Shown: piece by piece, positions 53,056 to 64,000 of the stretch
How positions within the stretch are numbered: position 1 is the first letter of the stretch
How the letters are laid out: the number at the start of each line of letters is the position of its first letter
Source: Octopus vulgaris
Taxonomy: Eukaryota
Assembly: GCA_951406725.2 (NCBI GenBank)
Contig: OX597831.1
Location: forward strand, 70,990,001-71,054,000
Reading direction: 5' to 3'
Length of the DNA: 64,000 nucleotides
Program-made: the position numbers and the translations under genes
The notes under the pieces: generated by a model
What the model was told of the DNA's origin: nothing
Database searches by the model: none
The model's input: the letters and a program-made list of their open reading frames with translations, nothing else

Positions 53056-54621
53056 CAGATGTGACCAATGATTTTGGCAAAAACGTTATTTTGCACCAAA
53101 AATATATAAATATCTAAGGCAAAAAAGTTGATTTCTTTGAGAGTCTATGATCATATTAATGAAGCATAACACACTTGAACCATATGAACAATAACAAGGC
53201 ATGATACATAGTTATTCATCTTCCTTTCAGTATTTGCAGTGGTGACCCCCATTTTTTGAGACATCCATGATTTGATTAGGCATGCTGGAAACCAATGATT
53301 GAGTCAGTTCTATGTTTACAGACCTCCATTCTTGTTGTATGAGAGCTTTCAACCGTTCAATATTTGTGGGTTTTTCTCTATCAACATGGATTTTAAGGAT
53401 GAAGCACAAATTTTCAATAGGATTTAAATCTGGTGAATTTCCCAGCCAAGGCTCCAAAATTTTAATACCTTTATCTCCAAGATACTTTTTACTCATTTTA
53501 GAAGTCTGGCAAGCTGGTCCCCCTTCGTAGAAAATGTAAGTTTCTTCATCAAACTGCCTCTCAATAGTTGGAAGATGGTTTTCAAGGATATTTTGGCACC
53601 ATGTAGAATTCATAGAAGTGTTTTTTGGCAAAATTGAAAGTGATTCAATGCCCTTGGATGAAAAGCGATGCCACATATGAATGGTTTATGGATGCTTGAT
53701 TGTGAACACAATACAGACCTCATCGTAGAGTTCACCTTGTTGCCTTCTGATGAGCCTTTTTCCAAATATCCCAAACAACTGAAATGGTGCTTCATCAGAA
53801 AAAAATCACTTTGTCCCATTGTTCACTAGACCAATTTTTATATTTTCTTCTAAAGGCAAGCCTGTCCTTCACATTTCTCGTGGACAAAAATGGTTTCTTT
53901 GCAGCATTCCATGAATTGAGACCATTGTCAAGAAGTAGTTGTCTAACAGTGCAAGCCAAAGCACCGACACCAGCTGATTCTCACTCTTTAGCAAGATGTT
54001 TGCTGCCGGCACTTCGATTCCTCAATGAATTTCTCACGAAAGCCATGTCTTGGCTGTCAGAGGACAGACGTTGATGAGCAGGGGCCTTTTTCACCATCAT
54101 GGATCCTGTCTCTTTGGAAGTTTTTTTATAATCCTGTAAACAGTTCTTTTAGGTGTAATGCCTTTAGCAACAATATCTTGTGTTGTTAAGCCATTTTGGT
54201 GGAAAGAAATTATTGATTGATCAGTGTTTCTTGTGTCAATACCATCCTTGCAAAAAAGAATATAAAACTTGAAGTTTTTGAGAGGAAAAAGAGCATTCAT
54301 TAATTAAAACTCAATCATAAAAGGCCCATGACATCATGACATCATACTTTATTTACTGTTCTGGTTATTAAGTATTAGTTTGCATGTGATTCCAACTTGA
54401 AATCAGGAAGAGGAATGTGATTTCCACTTGTAGGAAATATAACCAATTCCGCAAGCTGATGATTATTTGCAATATCTATTGGTTTTGCAACAGTTTTTCT
54501 TTCAAATCTTATTGGATAACAGATAACCTGTCAAAATAATATTAAATTATTAACATTCACATGATATTTCATACAAAATAACAAAAAAACCGGTGTTTGC
54601 CAAAATCGTTGGCCATGACTG
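53056..54621 (-). mobile_element. Full-length decayed Tc1-like (DD34E) transposon
   Basis: TA TSD at 53054-55 and 54622-23; imperfect TIRs cagatgtgaccaatgattttggcaaa / tttgccaaaatcgttggccatgactg. Confidence 0.9.
53227..54245 (-). pseudogene. Tc1-family transposase pseudogene
   Basis: HTH region, WDKV..SDEAPFQL, WLGNSPDLNPIENL, LVSSMPNQI..GGHHCKY*; frameshifts. Confidence 0.9.
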
Positions 54622-55134
54622 TATGGTAATAAACTTTTTACATGAGATGTTTGCAAGATTTGGTGTACCGGATATAACTGTCTCTGATAACAGAACACAG
54701 TTTGTATCCTGTGAGTTTAGAAGATTCTGCAAGACGTTCACTTGAGAACATAAAACTGTAGCATCATATCATCCTAGATCGAATCGAACAGTTCGTGGAC
54801 GCTTTTAAGAGAGCTTTAAAGAAAGCTAATAAGGAAGCCATGGATGAGGTCATAATCTAACAATACTTAAGGGTAACTTTAAACCCAAATGCGCCAGAAG
54901 GAAGTTCACCAGCAGAATTAATGTTTGCCATTAAGGTGAAGTTAGCATTTGATAAACTGTTACCAGTGAAGAAAAAAATATGTGCTAGTAAAGTCATGCC
55001 AAAATTCTTTAGAATCGGTGATAAGGTATATGTAAGAATGTACAAAAATGGCAAGCAATACTAGGAAAGAGAAATTGTAACATACACAGGAAGAATGAGG
55101 TATGAAGCAGAAATGGAATGGAAAGGAGACACAG

Positions 55135-55318
55135 CAGGCTTCTTTCAGTTTCCATCTGCCAAATCTACTCAAAGGTTTGGTTGGCTTGAGACTATAGTAG
55201 AAAACTGTAGCATCATATCATCCTAGAAAAAAACTTGTCCAAAGTGCCACACAGTAGGACTGAACCCTGAACCATGTGGTTACAAAGCACGCGCCTTACC
55301 ACACAGCCACTCCTATGC
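55135..55318 (-). mobile_element. SINE family A, 5' half
   Basis: caggcttctttcagtttcc ... ccacacagccactcct; resumes where 51688-51920 stops. Confidence 0.75.
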
Positions 55319-56361
55319 TATAAATTTATCCAAGATAATTGTGTGTATGTGTGTGTGTGTGTGTGTGTGCATGAATTGTAAAGTTACCTAAGTAGCCAAG
55401 AGTTTCATGCTTTGCATTTATCAAATTATACATAATGTTTATGTATGACAGACATTTGTCACTTCCATTTTAGTGAAATCCACTCACAAAGCAACAATCG
55501 ACCCAAAGTTACAACAGATGACCTTGTGAAAAGGCCACTTGGTGTGTCTGAACTCAGAGTAATGTGATTGTAAAGCAAACTTCTTGACTACACATCTATG
55601 TCAGCCGATACAGCCAAGAAATTTTCCCTTATTTATTACATTTATGTATAGGTTTGTTGATGTTGTTTAACTCCAATTAAGCCTTGTTTAAGCACACCTA
55701 TGATTAAAAATGTTCCATTAAGCTACCATGTGATTGATATTATACAAGATTACTACTTTATTGAAGGTTCTTCTTTCAGAAGATGGTTCAGTGTGCATTG
55801 AGGTCAATTTAGCAGCTATTTCTTATAGATCAAGTAGCTGTATAGAGGTTCTTATGTTAGCTTGGTGTTGTTGCTATTGCTGGTGTTACTAAAGTTGTTG
55901 CATTTATTTAGCACCGAGTCATCCAGGAAAGAGCAGGTGTATGACCAACACCATTCCAATTACTTCCATCCTGTTTTCTTTTTAAATAAAATTTATCGAA
56001 AGGAATATTATCCAATGTATGTTTCCATTTTAAGCATGCTATAGTAGGATTTGTCACAGATTTTGGTTGCTATATCTAGCAGATGATGCGATTGTGTAGT
56101 TAGTAATTTCCCTGGCAGTAATAATCATAGTAATAGTAACAATCATGTGTGTGTGTCCGTGGATTTGGATGTGTGTGTATATACATATTTATATACTGTT
56201 AAGTCTATGTCAAGTCATAAAATGACCAATAGAGTTACTGGACATATACTTAGCAGTATATAAATATATTATTGGTCTATGTTTTTGAGTCTGCTTCTTT
56301 TTTGGATATATAATACACTAACGAACGAGATTATATATATATCTTTGAATATATATATTCA

Positions 56362-56500
56362 AAGGTCGACTTTGCCTTTCATCCTTTTGGGGTCGATAAA
56401 TAAAGTACCAGTTTCGCACTGGGGTCAATATAATCGACTTAATCCCTTTGTCTGTCTTTGTTTGTCCCCTCTGTGTTTAGCCCCTTGTGGACAATAAAGA
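56362..56500 (+). mobile_element. SINE family B, 3' fragment
   Basis: ggtcgactttgcctttcatccttttggggtcgataaataaagtaccag ... aataaagaaata tail. Confidence 0.75.
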
Positions 56501-56521
56501 AATATATATATATTTCTTTAT

Positions 56522-58532
56522 AAGTCCATTAATCCATTAATCATTAATTAATGAAGTTAACATTCTTGTTAATGATTTAACTTTTAAGTTAACTTTGAAA
56601 ATCATTATCAGACTAATTAACTTCCGTTGCATATAGCTTCCATTAATTCAAGTCTATTAACCCAAAACTCATCTACTGCAGCCCCTTGGTCGATGCAGTT
56701 TTGGCCCCTTGGTCAAAGCAGTTTTGGCAGACATCAACAAGAGATTTGAGACCCTCCTGGATGATGAGGAATGCAAACTGGCTGCTGCCTTCCACCCTAG
56801 GTTTCACCTCATTTCGTTGGATATGTATGATAGCACGAAGTTCACCAAGGTGAGAAGTATGGAGTATAAGGTTGAGGAGGCCATGAGGCAGCAGTCTGAG
56901 GAAGTGAGCAGCAACAGTGGAAGCAGCAACAATGAAGAGGTGGAGGATGACTTCTTCAGTGGTGTCACCCAACAAAAAGAGAGTGGAAGCCACAGGTCAC
57001 TGAAGTACAAGGCCCAGAATTTAATAGAGACCTGGTTGGAGATCAACTCCAAAGATGCTGCCTTCTTGAGTGAGCAAGTGTTGGTGGACTTGTTCATCAA
57101 GTTCAATACAGCCATGCCTTCCAGTGCTACAATTGAACGTTTATTTTCCATGAATAAGGACATTCTTGAGTGCCAAGAGACCATCTTTGTCTGATGAAAA
57201 TTTTAGTATGTTAATTTTTCTGAAGGTCAACATGAATCTCATTAACAAAATGGAAGATAAGAAAAGAAAAAAATTAAATTATGTATATAGTGTGTTTTTA
57301 ATTTTTTTAATTTTTATTTTTGTACGGCCACATTATCAATAAACTTTTTCAGTTTAAATTCTAATATTGTGTTTCATTTGAGTTTTGTTTTTACCCTTTT
57401 CTGGCTCTAAAAGCCTTTAAAAACCTTTAAAAAAGGCTGAAAACTTTGAAATCAGCCTTTTTTTAGGCCTTTTGAAATTTAAAACTATAAAATCAACATT
57501 TTTTAAACTCTAAGCCAAAAAAAAAAAAACAATATACCTGAATAATTCAAAATAACAGGAAAAAATAAGCATGACATTTGACAGATTAATATGAACACTG
57601 GGGATGTTGTTTTCTTTTTTCTTTTTTTTACACACGCACACAACATGGCCTCGCACAGTTGGGACCACACGTGTGTTAGTTTGACATCATCATTCCATAA
57701 AATTCGCTAATGGGGAGAAAAATACAGAAAAATATCAATAGATGTGTGAGTGAGAAAGGAACAAGGAGAGAGGTTTTGTGATGTGCTAGAAACAACAGCC
57801 AGATCTCCCGTAATTCACACATTTTCCTCTGAAATTATTAACAATTTTTTTAAAACTGAAAATGTTTCTCTCAGGAGTTTTAAGTGTATAGTGAAAAAAA
57901 ACTGGCCAAAGTCGTGTTGGACTGGGGTGGTGAGTGAGTGAAAAAAATTTTCTAAATTTTAATTTTTTTCTGTGAAAAGATGCCTCCCATCATTCTAAAG
58001 ACATTGGAAAAAACTCCGTCAAAAGGGAGAAATTCCAATTTAAGTGGGCCATCTGATCCGAAAATCCGTTTTTCATAAACTTCCTCCCCCCTATCTCCTT
58101 CCAAAAATTTTGCCTACATAGTTCTTTATAACAGCAATTTGCACTGTTTGAAAGGTATTTGTATAAAATTTCATTAAAAAATACCTATTTTCCAGAAAAT
58201 TACAAGGGGGAAAATGTTGGTGTCTGTGAATTTTCTGAAACACCTTTCCCCAACCCCTCAGAAAACTTTTTCCAACAAATTTATGCATACACTCAACCTA
58301 CAGGATATAAGGGATTATTTAGTGAAAGTTTCGTTAAAAAGTGTCCATTTTTCTGGAATTTATGAGGCAACAAAGTAGTTCTGCTTTTTTCAATAAAAGT
58401 TAATGGTAACGAATCAAAATTAACATCTGTTACATTTTCAAAGAATTAATGGATTAATGATTAACGGAGTTAGCTTTTTAGTTAATTGATTAATGATTAA
58501 TGACATTAACTTTTCGATTAATGGTGCTCACC

Positions 58533-58536
<4 letters not shown>
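56522..58536 (+). mobile_element. hAT-superfamily deletion derivative
   Basis: attaatc/gattaat subterminal repeats at both ends; right terminus gtgctcacctctg; transposase C-terminal remnant inside; left TIR not found; secondary insertions in 57530-58375. Confidence 0.65.
56709..57245 (+). pseudogene. hAT transposase C-terminal (dimerisation domain) fragment
   Basis: INKRF..LAAAFHPRF..DLFIKFNTAMPSSATIERLFS, then in a shifted frame LSDENFSMLIFLKVN. Confidence 0.85.
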
Positions 58537-58574
<38 letters not shown>

Positions 58575-58844
58575 TACATGAGAGAGAGGAGGTAGTAAAG
58601 AAGATTAACACAATTAAGCTTGACACACACACATGTGTGTGTGTGTGTGCACGTGTGTGTGCATAACTAGCTGTTTGTTCTTTCCTCGAGCCTTCAACTG
58701 TTGATGGAGTCATAGGAATGCCTTCGTGATATATGGCATGCGTTGGGCATCTGAACCAAAGGAGCCCATCTTTCTGCAGGTTCAACCACAGCTGATTTCT
58801 TCGAGAGAGAAAGTGAAAGATAAAGAAGAATCAATGTCAATATT

Positions 58845-58987
58845 TACTTGGCAAGTACTTTATTTATCAACCTAGAAAGGATAAAAGGCAACGTTAACTT
58901 TGGTGGTGTTTGAACTCAGAGCATACAAGGTTGGAATGAATACCTCAAAGCATTCTGAGCCACTAACAGCTCTGCCAGTTCCCCACC
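58845..58987 (-). mobile_element. SINE family B, diverged
   Basis: gaaaggataaaaggcaacgttaac ... tttgaactcaga ... ctgccagttcccc. Confidence 0.65.
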
Positions 58988-60104
58988 AAATGTTTATGGT
59001 GATGTAAGAAAGTGAAACGCTAATATGACTAGGTGGTCTCTTGTGACCTGAAAAAGAAGGAGTTAAGAATAATTTCTTTCATTTATTTTGATATTGATTA
59101 GCTAATCAATAATTAATATTGATGATCTGAATGAATATACCCAACTCATAAATTTGAGGCTTTAGGCTTATGTTAGATATCAATATTGATTTAGCTTTCG
59201 ATTATTTTTCTGAAAGAGAATCTGACAGATTTCTGAACTAACCTAAGTCTTTTAATGCTGTTTATTTACCAACACTGCAAGAGAAGTAAATATGGCAGCT
59301 GTTTCTAGCAAGTTCTATGAACACATAGAAGATAGTTCATTAGCATCAGTGACATATGCTACGTTGTGATGTGGAGAAGAAATAACTTATGTTTTAAAAA
59401 TCCTACCTATCATCAGAGAATATCTCTTCAATTTCTAATGAAGGACTGAATCCAAAAACTTTAATATTTTCTTTTATCCCATCAGCCTAATTTACTTCAG
59501 TGTGCAGTCTTGTAGTGATTCTCTCACTACTACAAGAATAATGAAAATTTCTTTTTTCTGATGTGGTCAGAATTATACCAAAACATGTTCAGAATAATGA
59601 TTAAAATAGTCTTTTTACTTTCAGGATAATTTTTTCTAGTTTTTGCAAAGGGAGGCCATCCCTTTCTCATAAGCCTGAGTGATACGCACCGGACCGCGGT
59701 TTTGAGATTATTGTCTCTTATCTAGATTATTGTCTCCTGGGGCTAAAAAGCTATAGTAACACTCTACTTTGTGGTTAGCCATATTGAGATGGTTTTTATA
59801 CTTTACATTGTCGAGCGATTACTGTTTACATCTCGTTCTGAGATTTAATATTTCTAGTTTGTTGTCATTTTAACACTTCCTGTGTAAAATATATTAAAAC
59901 TAACTTAACAAATATGCCTCAATTTCTCTTACTTTATGGACGTCTTTTGATGCTGCCTATTACTGGTCTTTTTAAACTCTAAAAATGATATTCTGATTCT
60001 AAAACCTACCTCAGTTTAGCTCTTTATCATTCAGATTTTTATATCAAATGCATTCATTGTTTTGAATTAATCGCTCAATAACATGTAGCTTCAAGATTCA
60101 ATGT

Positions 60105-60475
60105 TACTCTCTTTTACTTGTTACAATCATTTGACTGCGGCTATGCTGGAGCACCGCCTTTAATCGAGCAACTCAACCCCAGGACTTATTCTTTGTAAGC
60201 CCAGTACTTATTCTATCGGGCTCTTTTGCCGAACTGCTAAGTGACGGGGACATAAACACACCAGCATCGGTTGTCAAGCAATGCTAGGGGGACAAACACA
60301 AACATACACGCACACATATATATACATATATATATACATATATACGACGGGCTTCTTTCAGTTTCCGTCTACCAAATCCACTCACAAGGCCCGAGGCTAT
60401 AGTAGAAGACACTTGCCCAAGATGCCATGCAGTGGGACCGAACCCGGAACCATGTGGTTGGTAAACAAGCTACTT
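60105..60475 (-). mobile_element. SINE family A, 5'-truncated
   Basis: Colinear young copy; preceded by a P1 MITE fragment (~60015-60102). Confidence 0.88.
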
Positions 60476-61189
60476 CTGAACCACACACACACACACACAC
60501 ACAGGGGGAGAGAGAAAAAAGAAAGACACACAAAGAGCAAGTCAGACTGACAGATATAAATCTACATAAAACATAAAACAAAAAACTCTAAATACAAGAC
60601 AAAAAGGTCAGAAATTAGCATTGACAAGTTGACACAATCAATGAGAATTGTTAATTGTCTAGATTTTATGGTTTATTAATAGAATTTTCTAGAGTTTAAC
60701 CTTTGACACACATCTACCTGGGGAAGGAAGGAGGTTCACTTACTATTTTATTGGGTTTTGTTTTTTTTCCTTTTTTAAGTAATCTAGTAATTATTATTAA
60801 TGCTATTATTGTATTCAGGCGAAATAATTTTCAAATTTCAGATTCTTTATTTGCTGCTTTTGATTTGTTTCCATCTTCATCAATTGTCCCAGTGATACTT
60901 GCACATTCTTTCCTCTGTTTTCATTCGTCTATGGGCTACCGTGTGCATGTGTGTGTGTGTTTACTTCCCAACCACATGGTTCTGGGTTCAATTCTTGAGC
61001 AAGTGTCTTCTACTATCGCCTCAGACTGGCCAAAGTCTTGTGAATAGATCTGGTTGACAGAAACTGAGATATGAATCCCCAAAAGGGATGAAAATGCTAA
61101 ATAGATAGATTTTATCCAAATCCTGTCAATCTCCTTTAATATATGAAATGTCTACACCACTTCAAACAATATATATGTGTATATAAGCG

Positions 61190-61547
61190 AAATCGAAATC
61201 AATCAAAAATCAATGGAAATTGTAGTTGTGATACCAGTTCCGGTGGCACGTGAAAGAACCATCCGAACGTGGCCGTTGCCAGCGCCACCTTGAGTGGCCT
61301 CCGTGCTGATGGCACGTAAAAAGCACCAACCGATCATGGTTGTTGCCAGCCTCACCTGGCACCTGTGCCAGTGGCACAAAAAAGCACCCACTACACTCAT
61401 GGAGTGGTTGGCATTAGGAAGGGCATCCAGCTGTAGAAACACTGCCAGATCAGACTGGGCCTGGTGCAGCCTCCTGGCTTCTCAGACCCCAGTTGAACCA
61501 TCCAACCCATGCTAGCATGGAAAGCGAACATTAAACGATGATGATGA
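61190..61547 (+). mobile_element. RTE-clade LINE 3' UTR fragment with (GAT)n tail
   Basis: Reverse-complement match to 18620-18975. Confidence 0.75.
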
Positions 61548-61925
61548 TATATATATATGAGTGTGTGTGTGTGTCATTGTTTATCCTCCACCACCACTTG
61601 ACAACTGGTGTTGGTTCTTCTTTTACATCCCTGTAACTTAGTGGTTCATTAAAAAAGCATGCTATAGATATGTACCAGGCTAGAAATTAAGTGTTGGAGT
61701 CAATTTGTTTGACTATAAGCAATTAAAACTTATTGGTCAAAAAGTTGTCACATTTTCAAAATCTTTGGAATCAGATGAGTTGATTGACCATTGGCAGAAT
61801 ATAAACATAATAATCAAGTTCAATAAAGCTGAATAAACCAAAGTATCGTGTTGTGAAAAATGAATATAATCTTTATGAGCTTGGCGCTCTACCAAAGAAA
61901 ATTGTTTCAGAGCCTAAAGGAATGT

Positions 61926-62126
61926 TTAACCCTTTACCATTCTGTTTATTCTGTGAAAAATAATGCTTATTCACTCACATTGTTTTTGAATTAATCAAGC
62001 ATTATCTGATAGCTTTGAGAATTTGATGAAATAACTGTTAATTTTTAGAATGGTATTGTAGGTTTGAACATAAAACAGGTAGAATATTTTGGCAGGATAT
62101 GGTTGGTTTAAATGCTAAAGGATCAA
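61926..62126. mobile_element. piggyBac-type MITE, family P1
   Basis: TTAA-CCCTTTA start; interior matches 42586-42814; right end degenerate. Confidence 0.7.
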
Positions 62127-62490
62127 AATGTATGTAACCCATCATATGATCAGCAACTTTGGAAGTATACATTTGCCATTGTGGGTACTATCAGGAAATA
62201 TAGCATACATGCAATAACTGTAACTTAACTTTTATTGCATTTCTAGGTGTTTATACAAAATAGTAAAAATGAATACTAATTTTCAAAAGAAAAATATTTA
62301 TTCCTCGTAACAAAATTGAATAAAATAAATTTCTCATTTGTATATTTGCAATAAATTATGCTGTTTTCCAAAATTTTCTCAACATAATCTCAATCTACTT
62401 CATAGAAAACCTATCGCTGCAAAATTTCATTAAAAAAATATATATTTCTGAAAAAGCTGTACAACACTCATCCTACACCTCTTATGCTAA

Positions 62491-62558
62491 CTCTGTATCT
62501 CTTTTACATACTTTCCCCCTCTCTGTATCTCTTTTACATACTTTCCCCCTCTCTGTAT
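62491..62558. repeat. Perfect 30-bp tandem duplication
   Basis: ctctgtatctcttttacatactttccccct x2 plus a partial copy. Confidence 0.9.
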
Positions 62559-62682
62559 ATGATGTAAAACACGATTGCAAAAATCAACCAACGCTTATAT
62601 CTGCAATTATTAAACAGAGATCATAACTATGAAATATGAGTGTATGTGTACTTCAATGTGTGTTTGTACATATATAATGCAG

Positions 62683-62845
62683 AAGCATAGCTCTGTGGTG
62701 AGAAGCTTGCTTTTCAACCATATAATTCCTGATTCAGTTCCACTGTGTGGCACCTTAGGCAAGTGTCTTCTACTATAGCCTTAGGCCTACCAAAAGCCTT
62801 GTAAGTGGATTTGGCAGAAGAAAACTGAAAGAACCCTATTGTATA
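62683..62845 (+). mobile_element. SINE family A, 5' fragment
   Basis: Head and core through gaaactgaaagaa, then (TA)n. Confidence 0.7.
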
Positions 62846-62849
62846 TATA

Positions 62850-63865
<1,016 letters not shown>

Positions 63866-63884
63866 GTAGAATATATATATTCTA

Positions 63885-64000
63885 GGTGGCGAGCTGGCAG
63901 AACCGTTAGCATGCCAGGCGAAATGCATAGCTGTATTTCGTCTGCCGTTACGTTCTGAGTTCAAATTCCGCCGAGGTCGACTTTGCTTTTCATTCTTTCA
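63885..64000 (+). mobile_element. SINE family B, young copy cut by the window end
   Basis: A-box-like TGGCAGAACCG, B-box-like GAGTTCAAATTC, followed by gtcgactttgcttttcatt. Confidence 0.8.

Larger units (their letters stand above)
51924..55130 (+). mobile_element. Deleted Gypsy-type LTR retrotransposon remnant (K02A2.6-like)
   Basis: PBS-like agtggcgac; gag-like KVRLLLRKLSPAKHEKYWNYIL; integrase zinc finger EFHVGHLGISRMKALMHSFVSWPNMDKEVENLVKGCRGC; core RLHINFA..YLIVVDSYTKWPEV..FARFGVPDITVSDNRTQF..YHPRSN..SPAELMF. Confidence 0.85.

Noticed and set aside
59430-59465. ctaatga-agga ctgaa tcc-aaaaac hammerhead-like string
   Set aside because: Two core mismatches and no convincing stem I or III; could be chance in AT-rich DNA

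Overview
AT-rich, microsatellite-dense animal DNA made almost entirely of repeats. The dominant ~410-bp tRNA-derived SINE and the transposon set resemble those I recall from Octopus genomes (recalled, not searched). I find no intact host protein-coding gene, rRNA, true tRNA gene or CRISPR array. Nearly all ORFs in the track are translations of microsatellites, SINEs or decayed transposons. Recognisable content: about 20 copies or fragments of SINE family A plus two other SINE families, TTAA-flanked piggyBac-type MITEs, Helitrons (one with a RepHel N-terminal remnant), five Tc1/mariner remnants plus a full-length decayed Tc1, a hAT remnant, a Gypsy (K02A2.6-like) remnant, RTE and Penelope-like fragments. 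The most interesting signal is a set of hammerhead-ribozyme-like motifs. The best case is a ~435-bp insertion at 44880-45314 with an 8-10 bp target-site duplication, 82-nt terminal direct repeats (1.2 copies of a 355-nt unit) and a minimal type I hammerhead fold, i.e. a retrozyme-like element. A three-level SINE>Gypsy>Tc1 nest lies at 51.7-55.3 kb. Boundaries of decayed elements are approximate.
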